IMG/VR virus record: IMGVR_UViG_3300010400_000023 | Span: 1-59,330 of that record | DNA length: 59,330 nucleotides | Reading direction: 5' to 3' (one strand) | From: a virus | Lineage: Duplodnaviria > Caudoviricetes | Part shown: piece by piece, positions 1 to 8,538 of the stretch | How positions within the stretch are numbered: position 1 is the first letter of the stretch | Layout of the letters: each line of letters opens with the position of its first letter | Position numbers and translations under genes: made by a program | Notes under the pieces: generated by a model | Seen by the model: only the letters and a program-made list of their open reading frames with translations | What the model was told of the DNA's origin: nothing | Database searches by the model: none

Positions 1-18
1 CACCCACCCCCGTCGCCG
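1..18. repeat. Terminal direct repeat, copy 1 (CACCCACCCCCGTCGCCG)
   Basis: Identical to 59313-59330; indicates a circular assembly overlap. Confidence 0.9.
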
Positions 19-164
19 GCGTGCGGCGGCGTCAGTGAGTTTTTGTCATGTTTTCCTACGACTTAGCTAGTAAACAGACCGAGTTGTCTGGTTTTTCCAG
101 GTTTTCCTACGACCGTGGCGCTGAATACGTTAGCTTGCGGTTCTGCAACCCGGCCTACAGTGAG

Positions 165-527
165 ATGAGCCCCGTGAAAGAGTACGGACCGCCGCCGAAC
201 GACCTCGAAGGGTCGTCCATGACCCAGTTCGACCGCGCCGAATGGCTGCTGGGAATGATGCTCGATCGCTTCGAGCGAGCCATTGCGAAGCACGGTGTTA
301 CGGACGGACTGACGGTTGCCCACGCCAAGGAGGCGGCCAACCTGGCTCGCGCCGCGGCCACCATGGCGAGCGAGCGGAGACAGTTGGATAAGCAGGCTCG
401 CCGCGATGCCGCCGAGCTGCAGCTACCCCAGGTGATGGCGTACCTGCGGACCCTGCCGCCGGACAAGCGCCGACACGTCATCCGCGAGCTCCAGGACTTG
501 GACTCCGGTGGGAGCGTGCTGCGATGA
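165..527 (+). CDS. Hypothetical helical protein, possible terminase small subunit
   Basis: First gene of the rightward late operon; size and helical composition fit, but no diagnostic motif. Confidence 0.35.
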   Translation: MSPVKEYGPPPNDLEGSSMTQFDRAEWLLGMMLDRFERAIAKHGVTDGLTVAHAKEAANLARAAATMASERRQLDKQARRDAAELQLPQVMAYLRTLPPDKRRHVIRELQDLDSGGSVLR

Positions 528-832
528 TCATCAACGAGGCCACGATTGCCTACGTATTGAATCAGTTCGGCGTGGAGTCGCGCCCGGTTAAGTCGATCGG
601 CAACGTCGTGTTGATGCTTCCGATGCGGACTCAGGCGGTTGACCTCGGTAACGTTATTACTGCGGAGCAGGTCGTCGACCGGATCCAGGACGGCCGAGAC
701 CGGCTGTTCTCCGCGACGCTGCGGTACATGGCCGAGCACGACGACGACATCAGGGCTGTGCTCGATCGGATCGCGAAGGCGGCCGAGCGACGCGCCGAGA
801 TCGTCGACGTCGTCAAGGGGTTGCTGCGGTGA
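524..832 (+). CDS. Hypothetical protein (weak resemblance to MCP N-terminal part)
   Basis: ATGA-coupled ORF; TIAYVL..G resembles MCP TVAFIF..YG. Confidence 0.6.
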   Translation: MIINEATIAYVLNQFGVESRPVKSIGNVVLMLPMRTQAVDLGNVITAEQVVDRIQDGRDRLFSATLRYMAEHDDDIRAVLDRIAKAAERRAEIVDVVKGLLR

Positions 833-1086
833 CCGACGGTGAGTCAGACGACAATGGCGGTCGATGGTGTGCTGGGCATGGCCGCAGCCACGGCAACCTA
901 TACATCTGTCCGCTGTACAGCGAAGAGATCAAGACGAAGCTCGAGGGCTACAACGCCCAGTTTCGTAACGACCTTCGCGATCCGGCATGGTGTGCTGAGC
1001 AGCGTGCTAAGGGCGTCCCGGAGTGGGGCATCAGGGCCATGGGCGCATTCGCCGGTGTCACTCTGCGATCGGGCAAGCCGTCATGA
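829..1086 (+). CDS. Hypothetical protein with Cys/His motif
   Basis: GTGA/ATGA coupling on both sides; C..H...H....C. Confidence 0.6.
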   Translation: MTDGESDDNGGRWCAGHGRSHGNLYICPLYSEEIKTKLEGYNAQFRNDLRDPAWCAEQRAKGVPEWGIRAMGAFAGVTLRSGKPS

Positions 1087-1634
1087 CCTGGCGCGTAACC
1101 ACGATCATGAGCGGAGGCCAGACCGGCGCTGACCGCGGCGGCATGGACGCGGCGATCCTGCTCGACCTTGACTGGGGCGGCTGGATGCCGAAGGGGCGAC
1201 TCGCGGAGGACGGCATCATCCCGGAGATCTACGCTGCGCGGATGCACGAGGCGGCGCAGCCGAGCATGGCGCTGCGCACCCGGCTCAATATCCAGGACAG
1301 CGACGGGACGCTGCTGCTGTCGTTTCGCAGCGAGTTGGATGGCGGATCGGCGTTCACGGCCGAGGTCGCCGAGCGTACGAAGCGCCCGTACCTGCACCTC
1401 GTGCTGGCCGATGGCGCGCTGGTTCCGCCTGCCGTGCGCGACTCCGTGCTCGAGTGGATCGAGACGGCTCACATCAGCGTGCTCAACGTTGCCGGTCCGC
1501 GCGAGTCGAAGGAGCCGGGCATCCAGGCGGCGGTGCGCGATGCGCTGATTGCGATACTCGAGCCGGTGGTGGTCGAGGCGGAGCGAGCGGTGGTGGTGAC
1601 AGAACCGGAACCCGACGAACACGAGGCCACATGA
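1083..1634 (+). CDS. SLOG-superfamily protein (putative molybdenum carrier / YpsA-like)
   Basis: ISGGQTGADRG-like motif, GGWMPKG, RTRLNIQDSDGTL, LNVAGPRES. Confidence 0.85.
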   Translation: MTWRVTTIMSGGQTGADRGGMDAAILLDLDWGGWMPKGRLAEDGIIPEIYAARMHEAAQPSMALRTRLNIQDSDGTLLLSFRSELDGGSAFTAEVAERTKRPYLHLVLADGALVPPAVRDSVLEWIETAHISVLNVAGPRESKEPGIQAAVRDALIAILEPVVVEAERAVVVTEPEPDEHEAT

Positions 1635-2581
1635 ACGCGATCCCGATTCCGAGGTGTCCGGCGTGTCAGCAGCAGATGCGCGAGAGCCGCGCGACTGACG
1701 TCGTCGAGTGTCGCTGCGGCTTCGAAGTCGACCACGAAACGCTGTACGCCGTAGCTCCGTGTCGTGCACTTGCCGTTGCAGACGGTCGCATGTCAGCGCC
1801 GCGTCCGCGTGGCGCGCGAGGCATCCGCATCTCGGAGAACTTCGGCGAATTGGTCGAACACGCGTGGGATCAGCGATCGGTGAAGCCATCGGAGATGGGG
1901 TTGCCGGCGCGGCAAACGCTGCACGAGGCTGCGCGTAATATCGGTGCACGACTGGGACTCGAGTATCAGGGCGAGGGGAAGGGTCAGTATCTCGTGGTTC
2001 CGGTCACCGGCACGGCGCGTGGTCGGCGCCAACTCCAACGCCAGAAGATCTACGCGTGCGCGCCGCTGAGCTTGGCTCTCGCTGCCGTCGAGCAGATGGT
2101 GCAGGTGATCGCCATGACGCGCGGCCCCGGTAGCTGGTGGAGTACGGGTGGATGCGCCGGCTACTGCGGCGATGGCGATGCGCGAATCGGCTACCTCGAC
2201 GGTGTGCCGCATGTGTTCCTAGCGGCGTACTACTTCCATGACCCGGTTGCGCAGACGCCAGCCGGCCGCATGGAGGCCGTTCTCGAGATGGCGCAGCGTG
2301 GGATGATCAGCACAGAGGAAGCGAAGGCGCTACTCGAGGTGCCGGAGGTGCCCGCCGCCGACCCGCTCGATGCGGTTATCGACGGGGTAACGCTGCGTGC
2401 GTTGCTGGCGTACGACGAATGCGATCGACGTGAGACCATGAGCACCATCGTCCAGCGCAACCACACTCCCGCTCAGCGCGCTGCAGTCAGCGCCCACTGG
2501 TCCGCCGAACTGCGGCTCCGCGTGAAGGCTGATGCGGCGAAGGAGCGGAACCAGGTGACCTACTGCGAGGAGGACGATTGA
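1631..2581 (+). CDS. Zn-ribbon mosaic protein carrying a portal-derived segment and a shared C-terminal domain
   Basis: CPAC..CRC N-terminus; TPAGRMEAVLEMAQRGMISTEEA matches the portal; C-terminus paralogous to 32451-33689. Confidence 0.8.
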   Translation: MNAIPIPRCPACQQQMRESRATDVVECRCGFEVDHETLYAVAPCRALAVADGRMSAPRPRGARGIRISENFGELVEHAWDQRSVKPSEMGLPARQTLHEAARNIGARLGLEYQGEGKGQYLVVPVTGTARGRRQLQRQKIYACAPLSLALAAVEQMVQVIAMTRGPGSWWSTGGCAGYCGDGDARIGYLDGVPHVFLAAYYFHDPVAQTPAGRMEAVLEMAQRGMISTEEAKALLEVPEVPAADPLDAVIDGVTLRALLAYDECDRRETMSTIVQRNHTPAQRAAVSAHWSAELRLRVKADAAKERNQVTYCEEDD

Positions 2582-3126
2582 TGTCCGATCCGTACAGGGA
2601 GCTGTTCGTCGAGACGCCGGCGTCCGAACCGCGGACAGTCGATGACTTGTTCGAGGAAATCGCAAAGCACCCCAGGCCGAAGCCGATCCGCGTCTACATG
2701 CACCCGGCTACGTTCCGGCGGATCGTGATGTACACCAATGCTCGAGTCGATGGTGACGCTGGGTCGGAATCGATATGCTTGCACACCCCATACGGCGTGG
2801 CGCGGCTACATCCCGATCCGGACATCGGAGACCGCGACTACCTGCACTTTGAAGAGGCACCCATGAGCGAACTTGCTGCACTCAGCGCAGAATCTGGACT
2901 CACCGATCTGGAACGGATCCAGCTCCATTGCATCGCACGCCGTAGGCTGAACCAGCCGCAGCCGATGTACCGAATCAGCGACACGGAGTTTGACCTTCAT
3001 GTGTTTCGCTACCCCGCGGTCATTGAGCACGATGCTCGCGGAGCGCACGTTTATTACAGTTTCGGCGCGCTCATGGCAGCGATCTACTCCGGTGGCATCG
3101 GGGGTCTCGAGGTCATCGAGCCGTGA
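2581..3126 (+). CDS. Protein carrying a major-capsid-derived segment
   Basis: VYMHPATF...LHTPYG..LHPDPD aligns with MCP YYLNPVNF...LHTSVG..VYSDPD. Confidence 0.75.
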   Translation: MSDPYRELFVETPASEPRTVDDLFEEIAKHPRPKPIRVYMHPATFRRIVMYTNARVDGDAGSESICLHTPYGVARLHPDPDIGDRDYLHFEEAPMSELAALSAESGLTDLERIQLHCIARRRLNQPQPMYRISDTEFDLHVFRYPAVIEHDARGAHVYYSFGALMAAIYSGGIGGLEVIEP

Positions 3127-3578
3127 CCTCACCGGCCGACAACATCTCCGACGCTGAGCGCCGCTGCGCCGAGCTCGACGAGTGTCGCGCCGAGCGCTCG
3201 TGGGTCGTCAGGGTCCGCGGCGCCACTGGCGGCATGGTGCTCCATGACTATCGGTGCCCGGCTCATGGCGTCTTCGAGGCCGAGGTGTCGCGTGACGACG
3301 TGCCCGACGAAACGCCGTGCCCGGTAGAGCTCGACGCCGCCCCCGACGACCGCGAGCCGATGTATTGCGGTCTGCCCTCGCCATGGTCGCCGTCCGTCGT
3401 CTCCTGCCGCGTCCGCGCCGTCGAGACGACCCGCGGCAAGTCCGACAAGCCGCCGACCTCGATGGCGCTCACGACGCGTGACCTCGCCGAGGGCATGCCG
3501 ATGGCCGAGTGGAAGGCGAAGCGGGCGAAGCTGCATCGGGAACGGCGACGCGAGCAGATCAAGGCGGTGATGCGATGA
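3123..3578 (+). CDS. FmdB-like zinc-ribbon protein
   Basis: HDYRCPAHGVFE...CP...CG motif. Confidence 0.6.
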   Translation: MTSPADNISDAERRCAELDECRAERSWVVRVRGATGGMVLHDYRCPAHGVFEAEVSRDDVPDETPCPVELDAAPDDREPMYCGLPSPWSPSVVSCRVRAVETTRGKSDKPPTSMALTTRDLAEGMPMAEWKAKRAKLHRERRREQIKAVMR

Positions 3579-3931
3579 GCGTATACGACGCGGTATCAAC
3601 CGAGCTCCTCAAGCTGCGCATAGATACGCGCACCGACCAGATGACGCCCTCCGAGGTCAAGGCTTTCAACGCCGGCCGCAGCATCTCGTTCGCGCTGCCG
3701 TCGCGCGTTACAGTGTTGATCTACAAGTCGTCGCAACACGACGGGTGGAACACGCACGCCATGCTGGATGCGGTCGATGTCGTGACTGGTGAGCCGGGAT
3801 CGTTCGGTGCGATATATCAGCATCCGAGCGAGCCGACCCCGCGGGAGATCGCCGAGCACGTGATCGAGCAGCTCCGGCACGAGGTCGAGGAGCAGCTGGG
3901 CCTTGATCCGCATGGGAGGACGGAGCGATGA
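3575..3931 (+). CDS. Hypothetical protein
   Basis: ATGA-coupled ORF in operon. Confidence 0.6.
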   Translation: MSVYDAVSTELLKLRIDTRTDQMTPSEVKAFNAGRSISFALPSRVTVLIYKSSQHDGWNTHAMLDAVDVVTGEPGSFGAIYQHPSEPTPREIAEHVIEQLRHEVEEQLGLDPHGRTER

Positions 3932-4395
3932 GCGACCTCGGCAAGCTATTCGACCTCGAGTGCAACGCGGCGAATGAGTTGTTCGACCGCCGCGAGCGTG
4001 AGATGCTTGAGCACGGATACCGAAAGCCGGGCGTGGAGTCGGAGCGGATGACCGGCTTGGACGTCTGCGTCCACTCACCGCGCTGTCGCGTCATCGAGCG
4101 CTACCTCCGCGCGACCATCACCATCCCCGGCGGCTCCATCGAGGCCGGCATGCAGCGCACGCGCGGTGAGCCGCTGACACTGCTGCGCGCCGAACTGGCC
4201 AGGATTATCGCCGACGAGGTGCTGACGTTGAATGGCGATGACGTCGACGACGAATCAGCCGGTCGGCTCATCGACGCCATCGAGGAGCGCATCAGCGAGA
4301 CGTGGCCGGCGCGCGCGTGGTTCGTTGAGGTCTGGCAGGCAGACGAAGCCGTGTGCCAGGTCTACGCGCCGTACGGGATGCCGAGGCGCAGGTGA
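3928..4395 (+). CDS. Hypothetical protein
   Basis: ATGA-coupled ORF, GGAG RBS. Confidence 0.6.
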   Translation: MSDLGKLFDLECNAANELFDRREREMLEHGYRKPGVESERMTGLDVCVHSPRCRVIERYLRATITIPGGSIEAGMQRTRGEPLTLLRAELARIIADEVLTLNGDDVDDESAGRLIDAIEERISETWPARAWFVEVWQADEAVCQVYAPYGMPRRR

Positions 4396-4580
4396 AGCTC
4401 GACGATGTATTCTGTTTTGACTGCGCGCTGTATCAGACGACGTACGGTGTCGGATGTTTGCGCTGTACGCCCGCCGCGGCGCGAGTAGCGCGTGATGAGC
4501 AGATCCAGAAGGTCATTCGCGATGCCCAGCGCAATGCAGTCATGTGCGAGGCACAGCAACGGAAGCGTGGCCAGTCATGA
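4392..4580 (+). CDS. Small Zn-finger protein
   Basis: CFDC...CLRC; GTGA coupling. Confidence 0.55.
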   Translation: MKLDDVFCFDCALYQTTYGVGCLRCTPAAARVARDEQIQKVIRDAQRNAVMCEAQQRKRGQS

Positions 4581-4966
4581 CCTCCGACACCGTTACCGTC
4601 AACGCGCTCTACAAGGACCTCTACCCCGCGGCTGGCACGCGCATCAAGCAATGGGTCGTCGAGATGGGGCGCGAATCTGCCTGGGAGCGTGAGACGTGCC
4701 CGCGCGTCGATGTACCCTCGCACAACGACAACTGCGGCGGCGGATGCCGCAACGTCGGCTCCACGCAGTGGATGCACCTCAACCATGATAGCTGCTACGA
4801 CTGCAACGATCTTCAGGATGCTACGCGTGAGCGCCCGGACGTCGTCGCATGGCTTGCTGAACGCGCGAAGCGACCGCCGATCACCACTGACCGCGAAGCG
4901 CTGAGCGAAGAGATTGCGCCGGACTGGTCGCTGACCGAGCATCCGATGTTCCGGAGGCTGCGATGA
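4577..4966 (+). CDS. Cys-rich hypothetical protein with MCP N-arm-like start
   Basis: MTSDTVTVNALYKDLYP start; several Cys/His. Confidence 0.6.
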   Translation: MTSDTVTVNALYKDLYPAAGTRIKQWVVEMGRESAWERETCPRVDVPSHNDNCGGGCRNVGSTQWMHLNHDSCYDCNDLQDATRERPDVVAWLAERAKRPPITTDREALSEEIAPDWSLTEHPMFRRLR

Positions 4967-5343
4967 ACCCGTTCCGCGAGCTGTTCGTCGAGGTGCCGCG
5001 TCAGTTGCTTGAGGCTGCCGTCGCGGAAGCGAAGTCGCGCCGCAGGCCGACTGGCGCGTCGTATACGTACGGTCCCAGTTCAGTCATCGAGCGGCTTCGC
5101 AAGCTGCCGTGGGCCATCATCGCGGCTGATTTGTTCGGATGGACCAGTTGTTCGGTCACTCGATCTGCCTACACCGACGACATCATCATCGAAGGCATGT
5201 CGGCATGTCGGCATCGTCAGCGCGTCGAGGTATCGGAGATTGCGGTCATGGCGGCACGAGAGATCCGCGAGATCGTCGACGCGATCGTGCGCGAGGTCGA
5301 TGCGCAGCGCGCGTGCTACTGCGTCCAGGCGGCGCGCCCATGA
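4963..5343 (+). CDS. Hypothetical protein sharing N-terminal P(F/Y)RELFVE.P motif with 2581-3126
   Basis: MNPFRELFVEVP vs MSDPYRELFVETP. Confidence 0.65.
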   Translation: MNPFRELFVEVPRQLLEAAVAEAKSRRRPTGASYTYGPSSVIERLRKLPWAIIAADLFGWTSCSVTRSAYTDDIIIEGMSACRHRQRVEVSEIAVMAAREIREIVDAIVREVDAQRACYCVQAARP

Positions 5344-5888
5344 CTCTCGCCATCCGGCCCGCGAACCTCACCGATCCGACTGAGCGGCCGTTCATCGTCG
5401 ACGGCTGGATCAACTCGTTCCGCACCGCGCATGCCGCGGGCATCGTGTCTATGCGCCGGTGGCGCAGCGTCATGTGGGAGACGGTCGAAGACATCCTCGG
5501 TCAGCCTTACGTGTCGACCCTTGTCGCAGCCGACGACGCAGACCCGACGGCGCTCTATGGCTTCCTGGCGTACGAAGGCCCGAACCCGAACAACCGACCG
5601 AGCTGGCGACCGAACTCGAGCGCCTCACCCGACAGCTTGCCGTACGTGCACTACGCGTACACGAAGGAGTACCGGCGGCGTGGGCGCAAGACGTTTGGCG
5701 GCGCCGGCGTGATGACGTCGCTCCTTGCCGCGGCAGGCATCGATCCGGATCTGCCGTTCGGCTTCGCCTGCAAGACACCGCCGGTGGTCCACATGATGGA
5801 CGCCGGCAAGCTCCGCGGCGCCCGATGGGACCCGCTGCGCATCCGCTACGAACGCGACTACCGAGAATACGAGAGGAAACAGGTATGA
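5340..5888 (+). CDS. GNAT-like acetyltransferase-fold protein
   Basis: IRPA..D..FI..W, LYGFLA, VHYAYTK.YRRRG.G pattern. Confidence 0.6.
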   Translation: MTLAIRPANLTDPTERPFIVDGWINSFRTAHAAGIVSMRRWRSVMWETVEDILGQPYVSTLVAADDADPTALYGFLAYEGPNPNNRPSWRPNSSASPDSLPYVHYAYTKEYRRRGRKTFGGAGVMTSLLAAAGIDPDLPFGFACKTPPVVHMMDAGKLRGARWDPLRIRYERDYREYERKQV

Positions 5889-6211
5889 GCGAAGAGAAGA
5901 AAGTCCCGGCATGGATGATCGGACCCGGCGGCGCGAAGCCGATCCGCGTCCAGAAGCTCCGGTTCCGCACCGGCATCACGGTCGACCTTCCGAAGAGCGC
6001 CGCGGCGAAGTACGTCGCTGACGACTCGCTGCCGCAGGATGGTCAGCCCGCGCCCGAGGTGGAGCGGACCAACATCCCGCGCTACAAGATCTACTACCTG
6101 CCGTGGCTCGGACAGTATGCCGTGGCGTACTACCCGGCCGCGTCGAAGGAGCAGTTCGGACGGTCGGCTTGGATTCCGCGCGAATGGGCGCAGGCGGATC
6201 CAGCGGAATGA
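5885..6211 (+). CDS. Hypothetical protein
   Basis: Coupled ORF with AGGA RBS. Confidence 0.6.
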   Translation: MSEEKKVPAWMIGPGGAKPIRVQKLRFRTGITVDLPKSAAAKYVADDSLPQDGQPAPEVERTNIPRYKIYYLPWLGQYAVAYYPAASKEQFGRSAWIPREWAQADPAE

Positions 6212-6480
6212 ACCTGCCGCGGCACATCAGCTTGACGATCCAGCACAACCCGCACCGGGGCGTCTACGTGCCGATCGATAAGTGGATCGAGGACTACCTG
6301 CTCTCGGCGACCAGTGGTACCGGATTCACCGCCGACGAGGTCATTGCGCCCGCCGACCATGCGGCCATCCTCGCGACGGGCGAGGTCTGGATTATCAGCT
6401 GGTGTCCCGATACGCCAGTCGGCTCGTGCTGCGTCGTCGCCGCAACGCTCGATCGCGCGCTGGAGTTCGCGAACCAATGA
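6208..6480 (+). CDS. Hypothetical protein
   Basis: ATGA-coupled ORF. Confidence 0.6.
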   Translation: MNLPRHISLTIQHNPHRGVYVPIDKWIEDYLLSATSGTGFTADEVIAPADHAAILATGEVWIISWCPDTPVGSCCVVAATLDRALEFANQ

Positions 6481-6595
6481 CCCTGCATGCCTCAGGCACC
6501 CCTATGCCGCCCTGACCGCTCCATGGGACAGGGAGAAATCCGAGCGCCGCGTCCTCTCACCGGATGCGGCGTGGGCGGCTGAGATCCGCGAGGCG

Positions 6596-8194
6596 GTGCT
6601 TGCCGACTGTCATCCGTTTCAGCGGGACGCCGTCTCGGCGCCACACCGCTATTTCACGTGGCTCGTGGGGCGCGGCGGCGGCAAGACCACCTCCTACAAG
6701 GCGAAGTACCTCATCGGTCTGTCGTCGATCCCCAAGGGCAAGTTCCTGTTTGCCGCGCCGACGCGCGAGATGGCCGCTGACCTGCTCTGGGACCCGCTCA
6801 AGGACAGCTGCGAGCGCCTCGGCATCGAGGCCAGCTGGAACGAGACGCGCAAGGTCTGCACGTTCAAGCGCACCGGAGCGAAGCTCAAGCTCGTCGGCGC
6901 CGACGACAAGAAGGAGATGGGCAAGCAACGCGGTCAGCCGTTTGACGGCGTTGGCGTTGACGAGGTCGCCGAGTTCTTGCCGCACCTGATCGAGTGGTTC
7001 GTGGACCGCATCATCGCACCGCGTCTCGGCGAGCGCGGCGGATGGCTCGGCCTCGCCAGTACCCCGGGTCACGTGCTCCGCGGGTTGTTCTACGAGGCCA
7101 CGCGCCCCGGCTCGGGGCTGCATGTCCCGTTCTCCGAGGCCAGCAAGCACCCGGGATGGGGCGGCTGGGTGTCGCATTCGTGGGGGCTACGGCAAGTCGT
7201 CGAGCTCCCCGACGCGACTCGGAAGTACCCCGCCATCGTGGCGAACTGGCTCGAAGCGCTGCGCATCAAGGCGCTGCGCCAGTGGGGCGACGATAACCCC
7301 ATTTGGCTCCGCGAGTACGAGGGCCGGTGGGCGGCGGATAACGCGCTCATGGTGTTCCGGTACCTGCCGCACCGGGACGGCGCGCCGTGGAACCAGTGGG
7401 ACCCGCCGCGACGCGGGACGATGCAGATCGCTGTGCTGCCGGCCGGTCGCTCGGACTGGCTGTACGTCATCGCGATCGACGAGGGCTTTGCCGATCCATT
7501 TGCTTGCAATGCGTTTGCATTTAGCCCGACGGATCCGACGAGGACGATCTATCACATCTACGGCATGGAGCAGGGCAAGCGTCGCGGCGATGACGTCGAC
7601 AAGCGCCCCGAGGCGGAGCGCGAGAAGATGTACGCGCGCCCGGTGGCGCAGTTGCTCATCGGTGACGCGCTTGACCCGTCGAAGCCCAGTGGGCTCATCG
7701 GCGCGATCGGCACGTGGCCGATCGGCATGGAGGGCGACTGCGGTGAGGCGTTGCTCCTTGAGCTCGCCAACGTCTACGGCATCCGCGTCGAGCGGTTCGA
7801 CCGAACGACGAAGTACAAACTCACGGCGATCGAGGTGGTAAACGGAGACCTCGCCGACGGCAGGATCAAGATCCTGAAAGGCTCCGCTCTCGAGGTGCAG
7901 CTCGGCGAACTGCAGTATGCCGAGGACGACTTCGGCAACCTGAAAGAGAATAAGGCGCAGGCGAACCACTCGAGTGATACTCTTGTAATTGCTCGTAAAA
8001 TCATTGGTAAGCTGCTATCCGCCGGGACTGTCGACGAGCCGTCCGATCCAGCAGCGGCGAAGCGTGTGGCGACGGAACTGGCGCGGCTCAAGGCGATCGA
8101 AGATCCGCCCGATCCCGAGGACAGCTCGCACTCACCCGGATTCGCAGGTATGCTCGTCGGAGGAGACTACTCGGACCCATGGAGTCAGATATGA
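6596..8194 (+). CDS. terL: Terminase large subunit (start uncertain; frame open from 6314)
   Basis: HPFQ motif, Walker A GRGGGKTT, Walker B GVGVDE, ASTPG coupling motif, nuclease AIDEGFADP and NHSSD. Confidence 0.92.
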   Translation: MLADCHPFQRDAVSAPHRYFTWLVGRGGGKTTSYKAKYLIGLSSIPKGKFLFAAPTREMAADLLWDPLKDSCERLGIEASWNETRKVCTFKRTGAKLKLVGADDKKEMGKQRGQPFDGVGVDEVAEFLPHLIEWFVDRIIAPRLGERGGWLGLASTPGHVLRGLFYEATRPGSGLHVPFSEASKHPGWGGWVSHSWGLRQVVELPDATRKYPAIVANWLEALRIKALRQWGDDNPIWLREYEGRWAADNALMVFRYLPHRDGAPWNQWDPPRRGTMQIAVLPAGRSDWLYVIAIDEGFADPFACNAFAFSPTDPTRTIYHIYGMEQGKRRGDDVDKRPEAEREKMYARPVAQLLIGDALDPSKPSGLIGAIGTWPIGMEGDCGEALLLELANVYGIRVERFDRTTKYKLTAIEVVNGDLADGRIKILKGSALEVQLGELQYAEDDFGNLKENKAQANHSSDTLVIARKIIGKLLSAGTVDEPSDPAAAKRVATELARLKAIEDPPDPEDSSHSPGFAGMLVGGDYSDPWSQI

Positions 8195-8538
8195 TGAAGC
8201 CGGCGCTGGACGCCAACGAGCTACTTGTTCCGGCTCCGGCGGACATCACGCCAGCTGCCGTCGCGCAGTTGATGCTCTGGCGGATCGCCGACTGCATCAA
8301 GATGCATCAGTTCGACATCGCCGTGATGCTGACGAATTCATATTGCGCGTTGCTGGGAACCGGAGCGATCGGTGCTACCGCAAGAGAGATCTCGATAGCC
8401 GAACTCTGGCATTGGTGCAGGCTTGCGTTGGAAGGTGGCCGGGCCGGGGTTCGAGACATCGAGAGTTGGTGGGAAGAGCAAGGCTTCAACAACGACGCAG
8501 CGGCTGTCATTCGCGCTTACCGTACGAAGACCCGATGA
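8191..8538 (+). CDS. Hypothetical protein
   Basis: ATGA-coupled to terL; lower GC. Confidence 0.55.
   Translation: MMKPALDANELLVPAPADITPAAVAQLMLWRIADCIKMHQFDIAVMLTNSYCALLGTGAIGATAREISIAELWHWCRLALEGGRAGVRDIESWWEEQGFNNDAAAVIRAYRTKTR

Noticed and set aside
5098-5112. RKLPW shared with portal ARKLPWSKV
   Set aside because: Five residues with no flanking similarity; may be chance
6507-6515. CCC-TGA +1 frameshift into terminase
   Set aside because: A +1 shift from the uORF enters the wrong frame; TerL would need -1
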